From Macrostomum lignano (Eukaryota), in contig NIVC01000760.1 in assembly GCA_002269645.1 (NCBI GenBank), positions 62,001 through 126,000 of the forward strand: DNA of 64,000 nt. Direction: 5' to 3'. Shown here in pieces: positions 1 through 13,683 of the stretch. The notes beneath the pieces are model-generated. The model worked only from the letters and a program-made list of their open reading frames with translations, was not told the DNA's origin and did not search any database. The translations under genes were made by a program, and so were the position numbers. Position 1 is the stretch's first letter; the number at the start of each line of letters is the position of its first letter.

Positions 1-955
1 GGTAGATAAAGTAGGTCAGGGTAGATAAAGTAGGTCAGGGTAGATAAAGTAGGTCGGGCTAGATAAAGTAGGTTAAAGGTAGATAAAGTAGGTCAAAGGT
101 AGATAAAGTAGGTCGAGCTAGATAAAGTAGGTTAAAGGTAGATAAAGTAGGTCAAAGGTAGATAAAGTAGGTCAGGGTAGATAAAGTGGGTCAGGGTAGA
201 TAAAGTAGGTCAGGGTAGATAAAGTAGGTCAGGGTAGATAAAGTAGGTCGGGCTAGATAAAGTAGGTTAAAGGTAGATAAAGTAGGTCAAAGGTAGATAA
301 AGTAGGTCAGGGTAGATAAAGTAGGTCAGGGTAGATAAAGTAAATCAGGGTAGATAAAGTAGGTCAGGGTAGATAAAGTAGGTGAGGGTTGAGGGTAGAT
401 AAAGTAGGTCAGGGTAGATAAAGTAGGTGAGGGTTGAGGGTAGATAAAGTAGGTCGGGGTAGATAAAGTAGGTCAGGGTAGGTAAAGTAGGTCAGAGTAG
501 ATAAAGTAGGTCAGGGTAGATAAATTAGGTCGGGGTAGATAAAGTAGGTCAGGGTAGATAAAGTAGGTCGGGGTAGATAAAGTAGGTCAATGGTAGATAA
601 AGTAGGTCAATGGTAGATAAAGTAGGTTAAGGTAGATATAGTAGTTCAGGGTAGATAAAGGTCAGGGTAGATAAAATAGGTCAAGGGGAGATAAAGTAGG
701 TCAGGGTAGATGAAGTAGATCGGGCTAGATAAAGTAGGTCAAGGTAGATATAGTAGTTCAGGGTAGATAAGGAAGGTCAGGGTAGATAAAGTAGGTTAGA
801 TAAATAAGTAGTTTAGGGTAGATAAAGTAGGTCAGGTTAGATATAGTAGGTCAGTGTAGATATAGTAGGTCAAGGTAGATAAAGTAGGTTTGGGTACATG
901 TAGACAAAGTAGGTCAGGGTAGATAAAGTAGATCTGGGTAGATAAAGTAGGTCTG
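1..955. repeat. 20-bp minisatellite (GGTAGATAAAGTAGGTCAGG)n, in a RABGAP1 intron
   Basis: Period 20 visible from base 1; array runs off the window edge. Confidence 0.95.
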
Positions 956-1063
956 AATAATCTTAGTGCTCTGTAAGGTAGGTCATTATTAATGTAAGAT
1001 CGCAATTACAGCCTCGCACATTCCCAGTTAATTAATTATACTAATAAAAAAAATCACATTTAG

Positions 1064-3379
1064 ATCGACAGAGGCCGTAGAAGACCTGGTGAGTCGGGCC
1101 CTCAGTCTGAAAGGCATTTCAACTAAACGCCTGGACAAACTGTCTAAAGAATTTCAAGCCGAACAGGAGGCTGGCAAGGAGAGAACCAGAGATTACCGAT
1201 CGGATTGCATGCGACTGCAAGAGGAGAATGACTGTCTGGCTAGGGAGCTGCTGCACTCGCAGACCCAGAATCGGATGCAGCAAGATTTGGTAAGCTGCAC
1301 TGCCTGTGTGCTTCTTAGTTGTTTTTTTCAATATTACGCATTTTTAGCATATTTGTCGCGCGTTTGACTTGCTTCTGCTGGTGTGTATGTAGCAAATGTC
1401 ATAGCATTTTTGTTTTAGTTTTAGCTTTTTGCTTTGATTTAAATATGCTTTGATATTTTGTTACTGGGATGTCTGGAATGAATGTGAGATTAAGGGTGGG
1501 ATAAATGTGAGATTAAGGGTGGGATGGATGTGAGATTAAGGGTGGGATGGATGTGAGATTAAGGGTGGGATAGATGTGAGATTAAGGGTGAGATAGATGT
1601 GAGAATTAGGGCGGGATAGATGTTTGCTTAAGGGTGAGATAGATGTGGGATTAAGGGTGAGATAGGTGTGAGATTAAGGGTCCAATAGATATGGCATTAA
1701 GGATGAGATCGATATGATATAAATGTGAGATTAACTGTGAGATAGATATGAGATACATGCGAGATTAAGGCTGGTGTAGATTGAGATTTAGGTGGGATAT
1801 ATATGAGATTTAGGCTGAGATAGATGTAAGATTAAGGGTGGGGTATATTGAGATTTAAGGTAAGATAGCTATGAGATTAAGGGGGTATATGAGACTAAGG
1901 GTTGGATAGATGTGAGATTAAGGGTGAGATAAGAGAAAAGAGCAGATAAGAGATATCGGTGGAATTGATATGAGAACTAGATTTAAGCATTTTTTGCTTA
2001 GACATGGAACCTGTTTCTGGAATATATGTTACACACAATCTTAATCAAATAAATCTCAGTTATTTTTAGTTAATCTTTAATCTGTTTATTAAGTTCCTAT
2101 TCTATAATCATAAGTGTTCTTACGGGAATACCGCATGTTATATAATAGATTTATGCTGCTCATATATTAATCTTCATTATTAATATCCCTAATCAAGTCT
2201 GTCTATAACAAATTTGTACTTTTATTTCTCAAAACACAGTTTTCAGACGATAAAATGCTGGTAAGTAGATTGCAATAAGTTATTTTATTCTTTTAAACTT
2301 GCCATTAAGCACCAATTAGTAAGTATTTTGTTTTAATGGTTTCATTAGTTTTTTATGTTATGCAAGTTGGAATCGTAACATAATTTAGAAGGGTAAAATT
2401 TTTTTATTTTTAAATTTTAAAAGTTGCGTTCATTATTCTTCAATGTTCCATACTTGCTACTGCTTCTACATCTAGCAGTAAAAAGTTGTCAGTAGCATAA
2501 TTGGAACACTTGATTTTTTATTAAGGTTACAGGAATTCGTTTTTTTCGGTGTTTGGCTTTTAATTTTTTATTAGGATGACAGTTTTAACGAGAGAAGGTT
2601 GTAAACTGCGCATTTATTTACTAAACTAATAGTATATGTTTGGGCTATACGCTAAGCATACTACTGCATTAATGTACACTTGTACTAATATAATGTACTA
2701 ATGCTTATCTTCTACAAAGGAGTTAGCGCCAGTACTGTACACACGCTCACGTAGTTTTTATACATCACATTTTTTTAAAACTTGACAGCTCGAGGACAAG
2801 CTGGACGTGGTCCAAACTGAACTCCTGCTCACCAAGCAGATGCTAACAGAGAAAGATGATGAAGCATTGAAGCTGGCTGAGAACAATGCCAGACTCAAGG
2901 ACATGGTTCGAGAGCTCACGGCCGACTGCGACAAACGGACCGGAATTATTGACGAGTATAAACAGATTGTTAGTAGATTGAGTGACAGATTGAACTCTCA
3001 AGACCAACAGCAGCGGTCTGCAACAATTTCAACCACTCCTACCACTGCTGCTCCTACTACTGCTGCTACTACTAGTAGTAGCGATTATTCCGAACTGGAA
3101 GTTGAACTGGCTAAAACTAAGTTAGCCCTGGTCGAAGCCGAATGCCGTTGTCAAGCTCTGGAGCATCAAGTGAACAGTTTTAAAATGATGCAACAGAGAC
3201 CGTCTGCAACTTCTTCTTCTTCTAGTGGAAGCGGCGGCGGTTTGTCTCAACGATTCACCAAAGCTGTAAGCAGTTTTGCTAATAAAACTGCGTCTTCTTC
3301 TTCTAGTGGACAGCAACAGCAACAGATGCCGCCTTCAGTGTCTGAGCACTGCTTGAGCAGTCAGTTAAGTACTATGTAA
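1064..3379 (+). CDS. RABGAP1: Rab GTPase-activating protein 1-like (RABGAP1/GAPCenA family), last two coding exons (C-terminal coiled coil); 5' part lies outside the window
   Basis: Exons 1064-1289 (tttag|...ttg|gtaagc) and 2789-3379 (ttgacag|ctc, stop TAA), joined in phase 0. LKDMVRELTADCDKRTGIIDEYKQIVSRLSDRL and ELEVELAKTKLALVEAECRCQALEH match the RABGAP1/1L C-terminal coiled-coil motifs as recalled from vertebrate proteins. Confidence 0.85.
1480..1935. repeat. 23-bp degenerate minisatellite (ATGTGAGATTAAGGGTGGGATAG)n
   Basis: TGTGAG recurs at 1483, 1506, 1529. Confidence 0.9.
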
Positions 3380-3789
3380 GCTGGATTCATTGACTCGAAA
3401 TCCCTTATTTTTTATGCCTAGTTATATTTTAACTAAGCGTTATTCTTCAAACGCGTGTTTCTTTTGTCTGCCAAGCGTTTCTGCCTGTAGCTATGCAATC
3501 AATTCATTCCTTGTGCGGTTTTACTACTGCTAGTAGGCTATGCGATTGTATGTGAATATTATAATAGCGTGACTGTATAAATATTTGTTAATACAGAGAT
3601 GTCATAATGCTTTATTGTCCAGTATGCACAGTTAATTAGTAGTAATAATATGTAGTAAGAATTAGACAGCTTTGCTTTTTCCGTATCTACCAAACAATTT
3701 ACCTGAATGGTGTGTGTCATTTTGTAAGTACTGCTCATCACTCTAACTTTCTACGTGACTTCTCTACCTCTATGCTCTCGATGTCTACT

Positions 3790-4670
3790 TTCCACCCTAC
3801 CTTTCTTCTCAACCCCTACCTCTCTACTCTCCACCCTACCCCTCTCTACTCTCCACCCTACCTCTCTACTCTCCACCCTACCTCTCTACTCTCCACCCTA
3901 CCTCTCTACTCTCCACCCTACCTCTCTACTCTCCACCCTACCTCTCTACTCTCCACCCTACCCCTCTCTACTATCCACCCTACCTCTCTACTCTCTACCC
4001 TACCTCTCTACTCTACCCTATATATCTACTCTCCACCCTACCTCTCTACTCTCCACCCTACCCCTCTCTACTCTCCACCCTACCTCTCTACTCTCCACCC
4101 TACCTCTCCACCCTACCTCTCTACTCTCCACCCTACCTCTCTACTCTCTACCCTACCTCTCTACTCTCTACCCTACCTCTCTACTCTCTACCCTACCTCT
4201 CTACTCTCTACCCTACCTCTCTACTCTCTACCCTACCTCTCTACTCTCCACCCTACCCCTCTCTACTCTCCACCCTACCTCTCTACTCTCTACCCTACCT
4301 CTCTACTCTACCCTATATATCTACTCTCCACCCTACCTCTCTACTCTCCACCCTACCCCTCTCTACTCTCCACCCTACCTCTCTACTCTCCACCCTACCT
4401 CTCTACTCTCCACCCTACCCCTCTCTACTCTCCACCCTACCTCTCTACTCTCCACCCTACCTCTCTACTCTCCACCCTACCTCTCTACTCTCTACCCTAC
4501 CTCTCTACTCTCTACCCTACCTCTCTACTCTCTACCCTACCTCTCTACTCTCTACCCTACCTCTCTACTCTACCCTATATATCTACTCTCCACCCTACCT
4601 CTCTACTCTCTACCCTAAATATCTACTCTCCCCTCTACCTCTCTACTCTCCACCCTACCTCTCTACTCTG
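3790..4670. repeat. 20-bp pyrimidine-rich minisatellite (CTCTCTACTCTCCACCCTAC)n
   Basis: Direct inspection; explains ORFs 3712-4692 and 3755-4618. Confidence 0.95.
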
Positions 4671-5244
4671 CTCCTGTTCCCTGTTTCTATAATCCAACCA
4701 TACCCCTCTACTCTCCTTCTTTATCTACTCTCATTCCATACTCTTCTTACATACCTCTTCTTTCTATCTATCTTGCACAAGAAAATATTTTATAACGGAT
4801 ATTGGCGTGTATGAGTCACATTAAAAGATATACTCGTTAATCTGACACTTTCAGCAAAAAATTGTTTTATATTTTTTTCGATCTGCATCAGATTCATATT
4901 TCTTCTTTAATTAAGCTCTTCTGTAATATATGCTTATTTTTAATAAATTTATTTCCGCACTACTAATGTAAGTATTATTAAAGCATATAACTCTGTTTTG
5001 TATTAAAAATTACTATAATATGTAAAATTAAAATTATTTTTGCCAGCAATTTTAAGACTGAAATCACTATATGTAATGTAGAGTTATGAAATAATTTTTT
5101 AAGTGGATTTGCAATACATGTATGGCATATTCATTGTTATTTTTTCAGTTGAATTTTGCACTTTAATTGACGCTTCAGTATAAAATTTTGAGTTCTTAAT
5201 GTTCAAAATATTTACTTTATTTGAGGCTTTGTTTTAGGACTTTT

Positions 5245-6056
5245 GAATATTGGATTTGGGAGTTGGGATTTTCGAATGAGTATCTGGATTTTGGATTTAG
5301 AGGGGGATCAAAGTATTGGGATTTTAGAATTGGGATTTTAGAATTGGGATTTGAATATTGGGATTTTAGAATTGGGATTTGAATATTGGGATTTTAGAAT
5401 TGGGATTTGAATATTGGGATTTTAGAATGGGGATCTGAATGTTGGGATCTTAGAATAATGGGGATCTGAATATTGGGATTTTAGAATGGGGATCTGAATG
5501 TTGGAATTTTAGAATGGGGATCTGAATATTGGTATTTTAGAATGGGGATCTGAATATTGGGATTTTAGAATAATGGGGATCTGAATATTGGGATTTTAGA
5601 ATAATGGGAATCTGAATATTGGGATTTTAGAATGGGGATCTGAATATTGGGATTTTAGAATGGGGATCTGAATATTGGGATTTTAGAATGGGGATCTGAA
5701 TGTTGGAATTTTAGAATGGGGATCTAATATTGGGATTTTAGAATGGGGATCTGAATATTGGGATTTTAGAATGGGGATCTGAATATTGGGATTTTAGAAT
5801 GGGGATCTGAATGTTGGAATTTTAGAATGGGGATCTGAATATTGGTATTTTAGAATGGGGATCTGAATATTGGGATTTTAGAATAATGGGGATTTGAATA
5901 TTGGGATTTTAGAATTGGGATTTGAATATTGGGATTTTAGAATTGGGATCTGAATATTGGGATTTTAGAATGGGGATCTGAATGTTGGGATTTTAGAATG
6001 GGGATCTGAATATTGGGATTTTAGAATGGGGATCTGAATATTGGGATTTTAGAATG
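5245..6056. repeat. 28-bp minisatellite (GAATATTGGGATTTTAGAATGGGGATCT)n
   Basis: Direct inspection. Confidence 0.95.
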
Positions 6057-6685
6057 GCGATTAAGGTGTTGTAATATTTAATTTGAAATAGAAAAGAAAT
6101 TTCAGCTGAGCTTTTTATGGTCATCAAATAAAGTATTTGTTATTAAATTTCAGTTAAAGCACACTATTTTTATAAACTCGATTTTTACTCTCGCTTACAT
6201 TTGCCCATAGACACACTTATTTAAACAGCCTGATTTTTACTTACTACTGTCAGTAACAAAAGACGCTTACTGCTCCAATTTTGGTTAATAATGTTTATTC
6301 TACTAACCTATATAACACATTAGTTTAGGTTTACGTCTGTGTTTTTTATTTAAATATTTCCAACAGTTCTATGAGAAATTGCAATGCCACCTTCGACTGT
6401 AACTGTTTTCGCAACTGCAAACAATAGATAATTATAATTTGTTTATTTGTCTGTGTAGTTGCTTTAGTGATAAATAAACGGCATTGGCTCTTCACTGCAT
6501 GTCTGACAGATTGCTGCGTTGGAAACTGGGACTTGGGACTTCATCAGTTATGTTGATTTTACGTGTAAAGCCCGCTTATAAAAACTTTTTAATTATTGAA
6601 TTTGCTTTTGTCTTCTTTCTGGCTGATAACGATTATTTTATATGGGCCAAGTGCAAGTTCTCCGATTGCTGACCCACCACCCTTG

Positions 6686-7076
6686 CAGATCCTCAGTTGC
6701 TGGGCCAGCCTCCCAGATCCTCAGTTGCTGGGCCAGCCTCCCAGATCCTCAGTTGCTGGGCCAGCCTCCCAGATCCTCAGTTGCTGGGCCAGCCTCCCAG
6801 ATCCTCAGTTGCTGGGCCAGCCTCCCAGATCCTCAGTTGCTGGGCCAGCCTCCCAGATCCCCAGTTGCTGGGCCAGCCTCCCAGATGCCCAGTTGCTGGG
6901 CCAGCCTCCCAGATCCTCAGTTTCTGGGCCAGCCTCCCAGATCCTCAGTTGCTGGGCCAGCCTCCCAGATCCCCAGTTGCTGGGCCAGCCTCCCAGATGC
7001 CCAGTTGCTGGGCCAGCCTCCCAGATCCTCAGTTGCTGGGCCAGCCTCCCAGATGCCCAGTTGCTGGGCCAGCCTC
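6686..7076 (+). repeat. 28-bp dispersed minisatellite family A (CAGATCCTCAGTTGCTGGGCCAGCCTCC)n, array 1
   Basis: About 14 units; same unit as at 7720, 40390 and 46675. Confidence 0.95.
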
Positions 7077-7719
7077 TGTCTAAACTATTCATTTTCAGCT
7101 TTCCTCAATCGACTCCCAAGGCCCAGAATCAGGGTGGTTGATCAATAATTATAACTCTCTTCATCAGGTTTCTCCTTGCCGCTGGAATCCAGCTGTCGGG
7201 TTGAGTGCGTTCTATAATTAGCAGGTGCAAATTAGGCTAGCGAGCGATTGTGTATTTGTGCTGTTCGTTTTTGGCTCAAGAGGAAGCAATGCTCGGCTAA
7301 AATTTTTTTCAAGGTAATCACACTTCTCCGTAAACCAGCCGCTGCTAAAACAGCAATTTCATGTGGCTTAGAGCTGGTCGAAGTCTGGAATTAAGTGCCA
7401 AAAAATAAGTAATTACCGTTGAGCAGTCGCAGTCTGTGCCAGCTCACACCTGGCAGCGAGAAACTTCACTCCTGTAATTTTGATCCAATCGGTTTGAGCT
7501 GATTCAGAGCAGGGTTTTCTTGGAGCTGTACAATTATATCCTTCATTCCTGCTAACTTGTGGATGGTTATTAAATGTGTGTGCTAGTTTTTGGTGGCAAA
7601 TGATTGATTGAATGATTGTGCAGCCAGGTTGAGGGTCTGCTGTGCTTCTAACTTGCGGTAGTTTAAAGCATGCCTTGCTGGGCATTTTAATCTGATGGCT
7701 AGTTTTATTGACTCAGTGA

Positions 7720-8270
7720 ATCCTCAGTTGCTGAGCCAGCCTCCCAGATCCTCAGTTGCTGGGCCAGCTTCTCAGATCCTCAGTTGCTAAGCGAGCCTCC
7801 CAGATCCTCAGTTGCTGGGCCAGCCTCCCAGATCCTCAGTTGCTAAGCGAGCCTCCCAGATCCTCAGTTGCTGGGCCAGCTTCTCAGATCCTCAGTTGCT
7901 GAGCCAGCCTCCCAGATCCTCAGTTGCTGAGCCAGCCTCCCAGATCCTCAGTTGCTGAGCCAGCCTCCCAGATCCTCAGTTGCTGGGCCAGCTTCTCAGA
8001 TCCTCAGTTGCTGAGCCAGCCTCCCAGATCCTCAGTTGCTGGGCCAGCTTCTCAGATCCTCAGTTGCTGAGCCAGCCTCCCAGATCCTCAGTTGCTGGGC
8101 CAGCCTCCCAGATCCTCAGTTGCTGGGCCAGCCTCCCAGATCCTCAGTTGCTGGGCCAGCTTCTCAGATCCTCGTTGCTGAGCCAGCCTCCCAGATCCTC
8201 AGTTGCTGGGCCAGTCTCCTAAGATCCTCAGTTGCTGAGCCAGCCTCCCAGAGCCTCAATTAATGGGCCA
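7720..8270 (+). repeat. 28-bp family A, array 2
   Basis: About 19 units with CTGAGCC and CTTCTC variants. Confidence 0.95.
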
Positions 8271-8959
8271 GCCTCGCATATTCTGTAATCTCTAAGCGCA
8301 ACCAAAGCTGTTCACAGCAACAAACTCATGGCTATATTTTTCTGGATTTTCTTAGCTCAAGCGACAATTTGTGCGCCGCATCAGGCAAACGATCTGAAAT
8401 TCCCAAACGGCCTCAGCCTCGACCTCCATCAGCAGTTTTCATATTCATAGAAATTGAGGAGTTTTGTTAATTCAACCGCAAATTTACGAGTGTTTGGCTT
8501 TTCCCTCCTGGGGGGAGGTCGGTCCAGCGAGTTGGCTGGAATAAAATTGATTTCAGCTTTGAAACGCGATAGCGCGCGCGTTGAGCTGTGTAATGAACGG
8601 AGCCTAAATCATGCCAATTTTGATGAAGGAGTCAGCTGCCTTTTCCCCCTTATGGATCCACACTTTACTTGCTGCAACTGCCACCCTGGCAACAGAACCG
8701 AATATTAAATGAGCTGGCATCTGGGGGGGGGTGTTACAGATCGGCCAGTCTCATCTGCAATCATTTATATTCTGTCTGTTTAATCCCCCAATATCCCCTT
8801 AGCTATAGTCACTTGCTCCAATATTCCCAAATGAATGCTGCGAGTGTAATTTAGGAGTATCTGTAAATTTTATTTTAGAAATTGCTTTCCTCAATTGGTT
8901 TCTTAGAGATTTTGTTTATTTATTCTCTGGTTCTCTGGTTAGATTTTTTCTGGGCTTTG

Positions 8960-11715
8960 TCTCACCCTCTCTCTCCCGCCCTCTCTATCTTACCCTCCCT
9001 CTCTCCCGCCCTTTCCATCTCACCCTCTCTCTCCCGCCCTTTCCATCTCACCCTCTCTCTCCCGCCCTCTCCATCTCACCCTCTCTCTCTCCCCTCTCCT
9101 CACCCTCTCTCTCCCGCTCTCTCCATCTCACCCTCTCTCTCCCGCCCTCTCCATCTCACCCTCTATCTCTCCCGCCCTTTCCATCTCACCCTCTCTCTCC
9201 CGCTCTCTCCATCTCACCCTCTCTCTCCCCTCTCCTCACCCTCTCTTTCCCGCTCTCTCCATCTCACCCCCTCTCTCCCCTCTCCTTCTCACCCTCTCCA
9301 CTCTCTCAATCTCACCCTCCTCTCTCTTCTGCCCACTCCGTCTCACCCTCTCTCTCCCGCCCTCTTCTTCTCACCCTCTCTCTCCCGCTCTCTCAATCTC
9401 ACCCTCTCCCGCCCTCTCCGTCTCACCCTGTCTCTTCCGCCCTCTCCATCTCACCCTCTCTCTCCCGCTCTCTCCATCTCACCCTCTCTCTCCCCTCTCC
9501 TTCTCACCCTCTCTCTCCCGCTCTCTCAATCTCACCCTCCTCTCTCTTCTGCCCGCTCCGTCTCACCCTCTCTCGTCCGCCCTCTTTATCTCACCCTCCC
9601 TCTCTTCCGCCCTCTCCATCTCACCCTGTCTCTTCCGCCCTCTCCATCTCACCCTCTCTCTCCCGCTCTCTCCATTTCACCCTCTCTCTCTCCCCTCTCC
9701 TTCTCACCCTCTCTCTCCCGCTCTCTCAATCTCACCCTCCTCTCTCTTCTGCCCGCTCCGTCTCACCCTCTCTCGTCCGCCCTCTTTATCTCACCCTCCC
9801 TCTCTCTCCCGCCCTCTCCTTCTCACCCTCTCTCTCCCGCTCTCTCAATCTCACCCTCCTCTCTCTTCTGACCGCTCCGTCTCACCCTCTCTCTCCCGCC
9901 CTCTCCATCTCACCCTCTCCCGCCCTCTCTATCTCACCCTGTCTCTTCCGCCCTCTCCATCTCACCCTCTCTCTCCCGCTCTCTCCATCTCACCCTCTCT
10001 CTCCCGCCCTCTCCATCTCACCCTCCTCTCTCTCCCCTCTCCTTCTCACCCTCTCTCTCCCGCTCTCTCCATCTCACCCTCTCTCTCCCGCCCTCTCCAT
10101 CTCACCCTCCTCTCTCTCCCCTCTCCTTCTCACCCTCTCTCTCCCGCTCTCTCAATCTCACCCTCCTCTCTCCTCCGCCCGCTCCGTCTCACCCTCTCTC
10201 TCCCGCTCTCTCAATCTCACCCTCCTCTCTCTCCCCTCTCCTTCTCACCCTCTCTCTCCCGCTCTCTCAATCTCACCCTCCTCTCTCCTCCGCCCGCTCC
10301 GTCTCACCCTCTCTCTCCCGCCCTCTCCATCTCACCCTCCTCTCTCTCCCCTCTCCTTCTCACCCTCTCTCTCCCGCTCTCTCCATCTCACCCTCTCTCT
10401 CCCGCCCTCTCCATCTCACCCTGCTCTCTCTCCCCTCTCCTTCTCACCCTCTCTCTCCCGCTCTCTCAATCTCACCCTCCTCTCTCCTCCGCCCGCTCCG
10501 TCTCACCCTCTCTCTCCCGCCCTCTCCATCTCACCCTCTCTCTCCCGCCCTCTCAATCTCACCCTCCTCTCTCTCCCCTCTCCTTCTCACCCTCTCTCTC
10601 CCGCTCTCTCCATCTCACCCTCTCTCTCCCGCCCTCTCCATCTCACCCTCCTCTCTCTCCCCTCTCCTTCTCACCCTCTCTCTCCCGCTCTCTTCATCTC
10701 ACCCTCTCTCTCCCGCCCTCTCCATCTCACCCTCCTCTCTCTCCCCTCTCCTTCTCACCCTCTCTCTCCCGCTCTCTCAATCTCACCCTCCTCTCTCCTC
10801 CGCCCGCTCCGTCTCACCCTCTCTCTCCCGCTCTCTCAATCTCACCCTCCTCTCTCTCCCCTCTCCTTTCACCCTCTCTCTCCCGCTCTCTCAATCTCAC
10901 CCTCCTCTCTCCTCCGCCCGCTCCGTCTCACCCTCTCTCTCCCGCCCTCTCCATCTCACCCTCCTCTCTCTCCCCTCTCCTTCTCACCCTCTCTCTCCCG
11001 CTCTCTCCATCTCACCCTCTCTCTCCCGCCCTCTCCATCTCACCCTCCTCTCTCTCCCCTCTCCTTCTCACCCTCTCTCCCCCGCTCTCTCAATCTCACC
11101 CTCCTCTCTCCTCCGCCCGCTCCGTCTCACCCTCTCTCTCCCGCCCTCTCCATCTCACCCTCTCTCTCCCGCTCTCTCAATCTCACCCTCCTCTCTCTCC
11201 CCTCTCCTTCTCACCCTCTCTCTCCCGCTCTCTCCATCTCACCCTCTCTCTCCCGCCCTCTCCATCTCACCCTCCTCTCTCTCCCCTCTCCTTCTCACCC
11301 TCTCTCTCCCGCTCTCTTCATCTCACCCTCTCTCTCCCGCCCTCTCCATCTCACCCTCCTCTCTCTCCCCTCTCCTTCTCACCCTCTCTCTCCCGCTCTC
11401 TCAATCTCACCCTCCTCTCTCCTCCGCCCGCTCCGTCTCACCCTCTCTCTCCCGCTCTCTCCGTCTCACCCTCTCTCTCCCGCCCTTTCCATCTCACCCT
11501 CCTCTCTCTCCCCTCTCCTTCTCACCCTCTCTCTCCCGCTCTCTCAATCTCACCCTCCTCTCTCTCCCCTCTCCTTCTCACCCTCTCTCCCCCGCTCTCT
11601 TAATCTCACCCTCCTCTCTCCTCCGCCCGCTCCGTCTCACCCTCTCTCGTCCGCCCTCTTTATCTCACCCTCCCTCTCTCTTCCGCCCTCTCCGTCTCAC
11701 CCTCCGTTTTTCCCG
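8960..11715. repeat. 2.75-kb polypyrimidine satellite of ~28-31-bp units (CTCACCCTCTCTCTCCCGCCCTCTCCAT) with recurring unit order
   Basis: Unit variants recur in ordered blocks; the + strand is almost all C/T. Confidence 0.95.
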
Positions 11716-13683
11716 CTTCCCCCGGCCACGTCAATTTCATGCATATATTAATATAAATCTTAATTTTATAAGTTAGTCTGGATTTTGTTATTTTTTTGTG
11801 CTTTTAGATTTTTGTTTATTACCATTTCTCAAGTGTGCAGAAATTTTCCAATGGAAGATGCCGTGACCCATTTGTTTAGCCTCTAGTGCCTCTAGAAGAT
11901 ACTTAGTCGAATCTTGAACGGAAACTGTAACCATTTTATAAGCGGCTTTTTCTTCCGCGTCTAAGAGCATCTTTCTACATTTTGTAAAATGACGAATTTC
12001 TATTGCCACTTAAATGCGGAAGTGGCCTTTGAATTGAAATTATAAAATTGATTACATATCCTTCGACTTATTGATTAGTAATTTAAAAGATGATTATTTA
12101 TTTCATCATCATCATTAGCAGCTGAAGGAAAAAGGTAATGGACACTTTCAATTTAATCTCTGAATAAAGAGTTTCTTTCTTTAATCCTAGGATGATTGAG
12201 TTCTTGAGTTGGCAGAAATTATTCAAAATTCATTTTTCTATAAATGAATCTGTTGATTAACTTTATCTATAAATTGCAATTTTTTACTCAAATGCTTTAG
12301 TAATGGAAAAAAAGTTTTTTCACTACATATCGGTAGGGTCAGATGCAGACATGCGGTCAGTCCGGCATGCTGTTCTTTGTGTGCGTGTGTGTATACATAT
12401 ATAATGTGTAATTTAATAGTTAAAACGGGAAGTGCTGTGTGTTTTTTAAATTTGGTGATTGTTCGGTCGGTCGGTCGGTCGGTTGATTGGTCGGTCGGCA
12501 CCGAAGTGCAGGCACCAGGGAGGTGTGTAGCGATTCTGTCGGAGTTGAAGTGGCTATAGTTGCCGGATTCTTGCACTGAAAAGGCGCAACTTGTTGATGT
12601 CGGTAAAACGCGCCCTGTAATAAATTATTTAGAAACCGATGGAAGGAATGCCTTTCACGTAGAGCAAAGAGGTTGGGAAAAAAACTGATTTTCGATACAA
12701 TTTCGATTTTCAAGCCTTTTACGCGGGCTGTCTAAGATTATAGTCTAGTTAAATTGTTTATGAATTTACATTTGTCTTCTAAGCCTCATCAGTAGCTTGG
12801 GTATTTGCTGCTCGTAACGGCGCAAAAGTCGGGGAAAAGTGTTGCGCTGGTTGGGAAACTAACAATAATTCTTGTTTAGTTGAAGTTTTATTCGCAGTTC
12901 GAACCCGACGAGGGGGTTGGGGGCGGTCTTAATCTCCCGGACCGATCGCGTAGGCCCGTGTTTAAATTAGAAAATATTATTCAAAAATTTTCTCTGCTAA
13001 TTAAAACAAAAAATAAAAAAAAACACAATCGTCAAGAGTTCTTGCGCAAAAATGTTTCAAATTTCAAATGCGAGTTGTGCGACATTTCTAGATGAAAATG
13101 TTTCTAATTAAAAAAGTTTTGATTGTTAATTAGATTTTATGACCTTCGAATGCTCTTAGTTGTCGGGGAGTTGTTGTGCAATTCACAGCCATGAGGCCCA
13201 AGCCCCTAGAGAGTGTACATGCCTGACGATTAGATAGTCAGGACTGATGTACACTCTGAGTGAGCGTGTGTGTGAGTTCCCAGTGCCTGTGTACAGTATT
13301 GTTAATCTAGAAAGCTCATGAAAAGTATATACTATAACAGATGAAGGTCAATTCAAAAGACAAGCAATTAGTTCAATATCTCCGTATTCAACCTGTCAAA
13401 TTTATTTACAACACAGTTGCACTCACAGCTGCTATAAATGTGTTTGATTAAGTTTTTTTAAACACGACAATAACAAGCGTACAACACAACAGACGGCATC
13501 GAGCATGATTTGTTAATATATCAGGGAATATTGTTGAAATTTGTTCTCAGTCAGTTGAAGTGCATGGCATTTCATTTTGGATTGATAAAATTTCATATTT
13601 TATTAATAAACGTTATCATATTTTTGTACTAATTAGACTAGAGTGAATCGCAGAAAGAAGAGAATAAACTGCACAAACATAAG

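Noticed and set aside
2441-2512. Intronic hairpin as a pre-miRNA
   Set aside because: Two short helices split by a 4x4 internal loop, with a competing fold.
6484-7685. Small ORFs and splice-like sites around family A arrays 1-2
   Set aside because: No recognisable protein or consistent exon chain; a lncRNA cannot be excluded.
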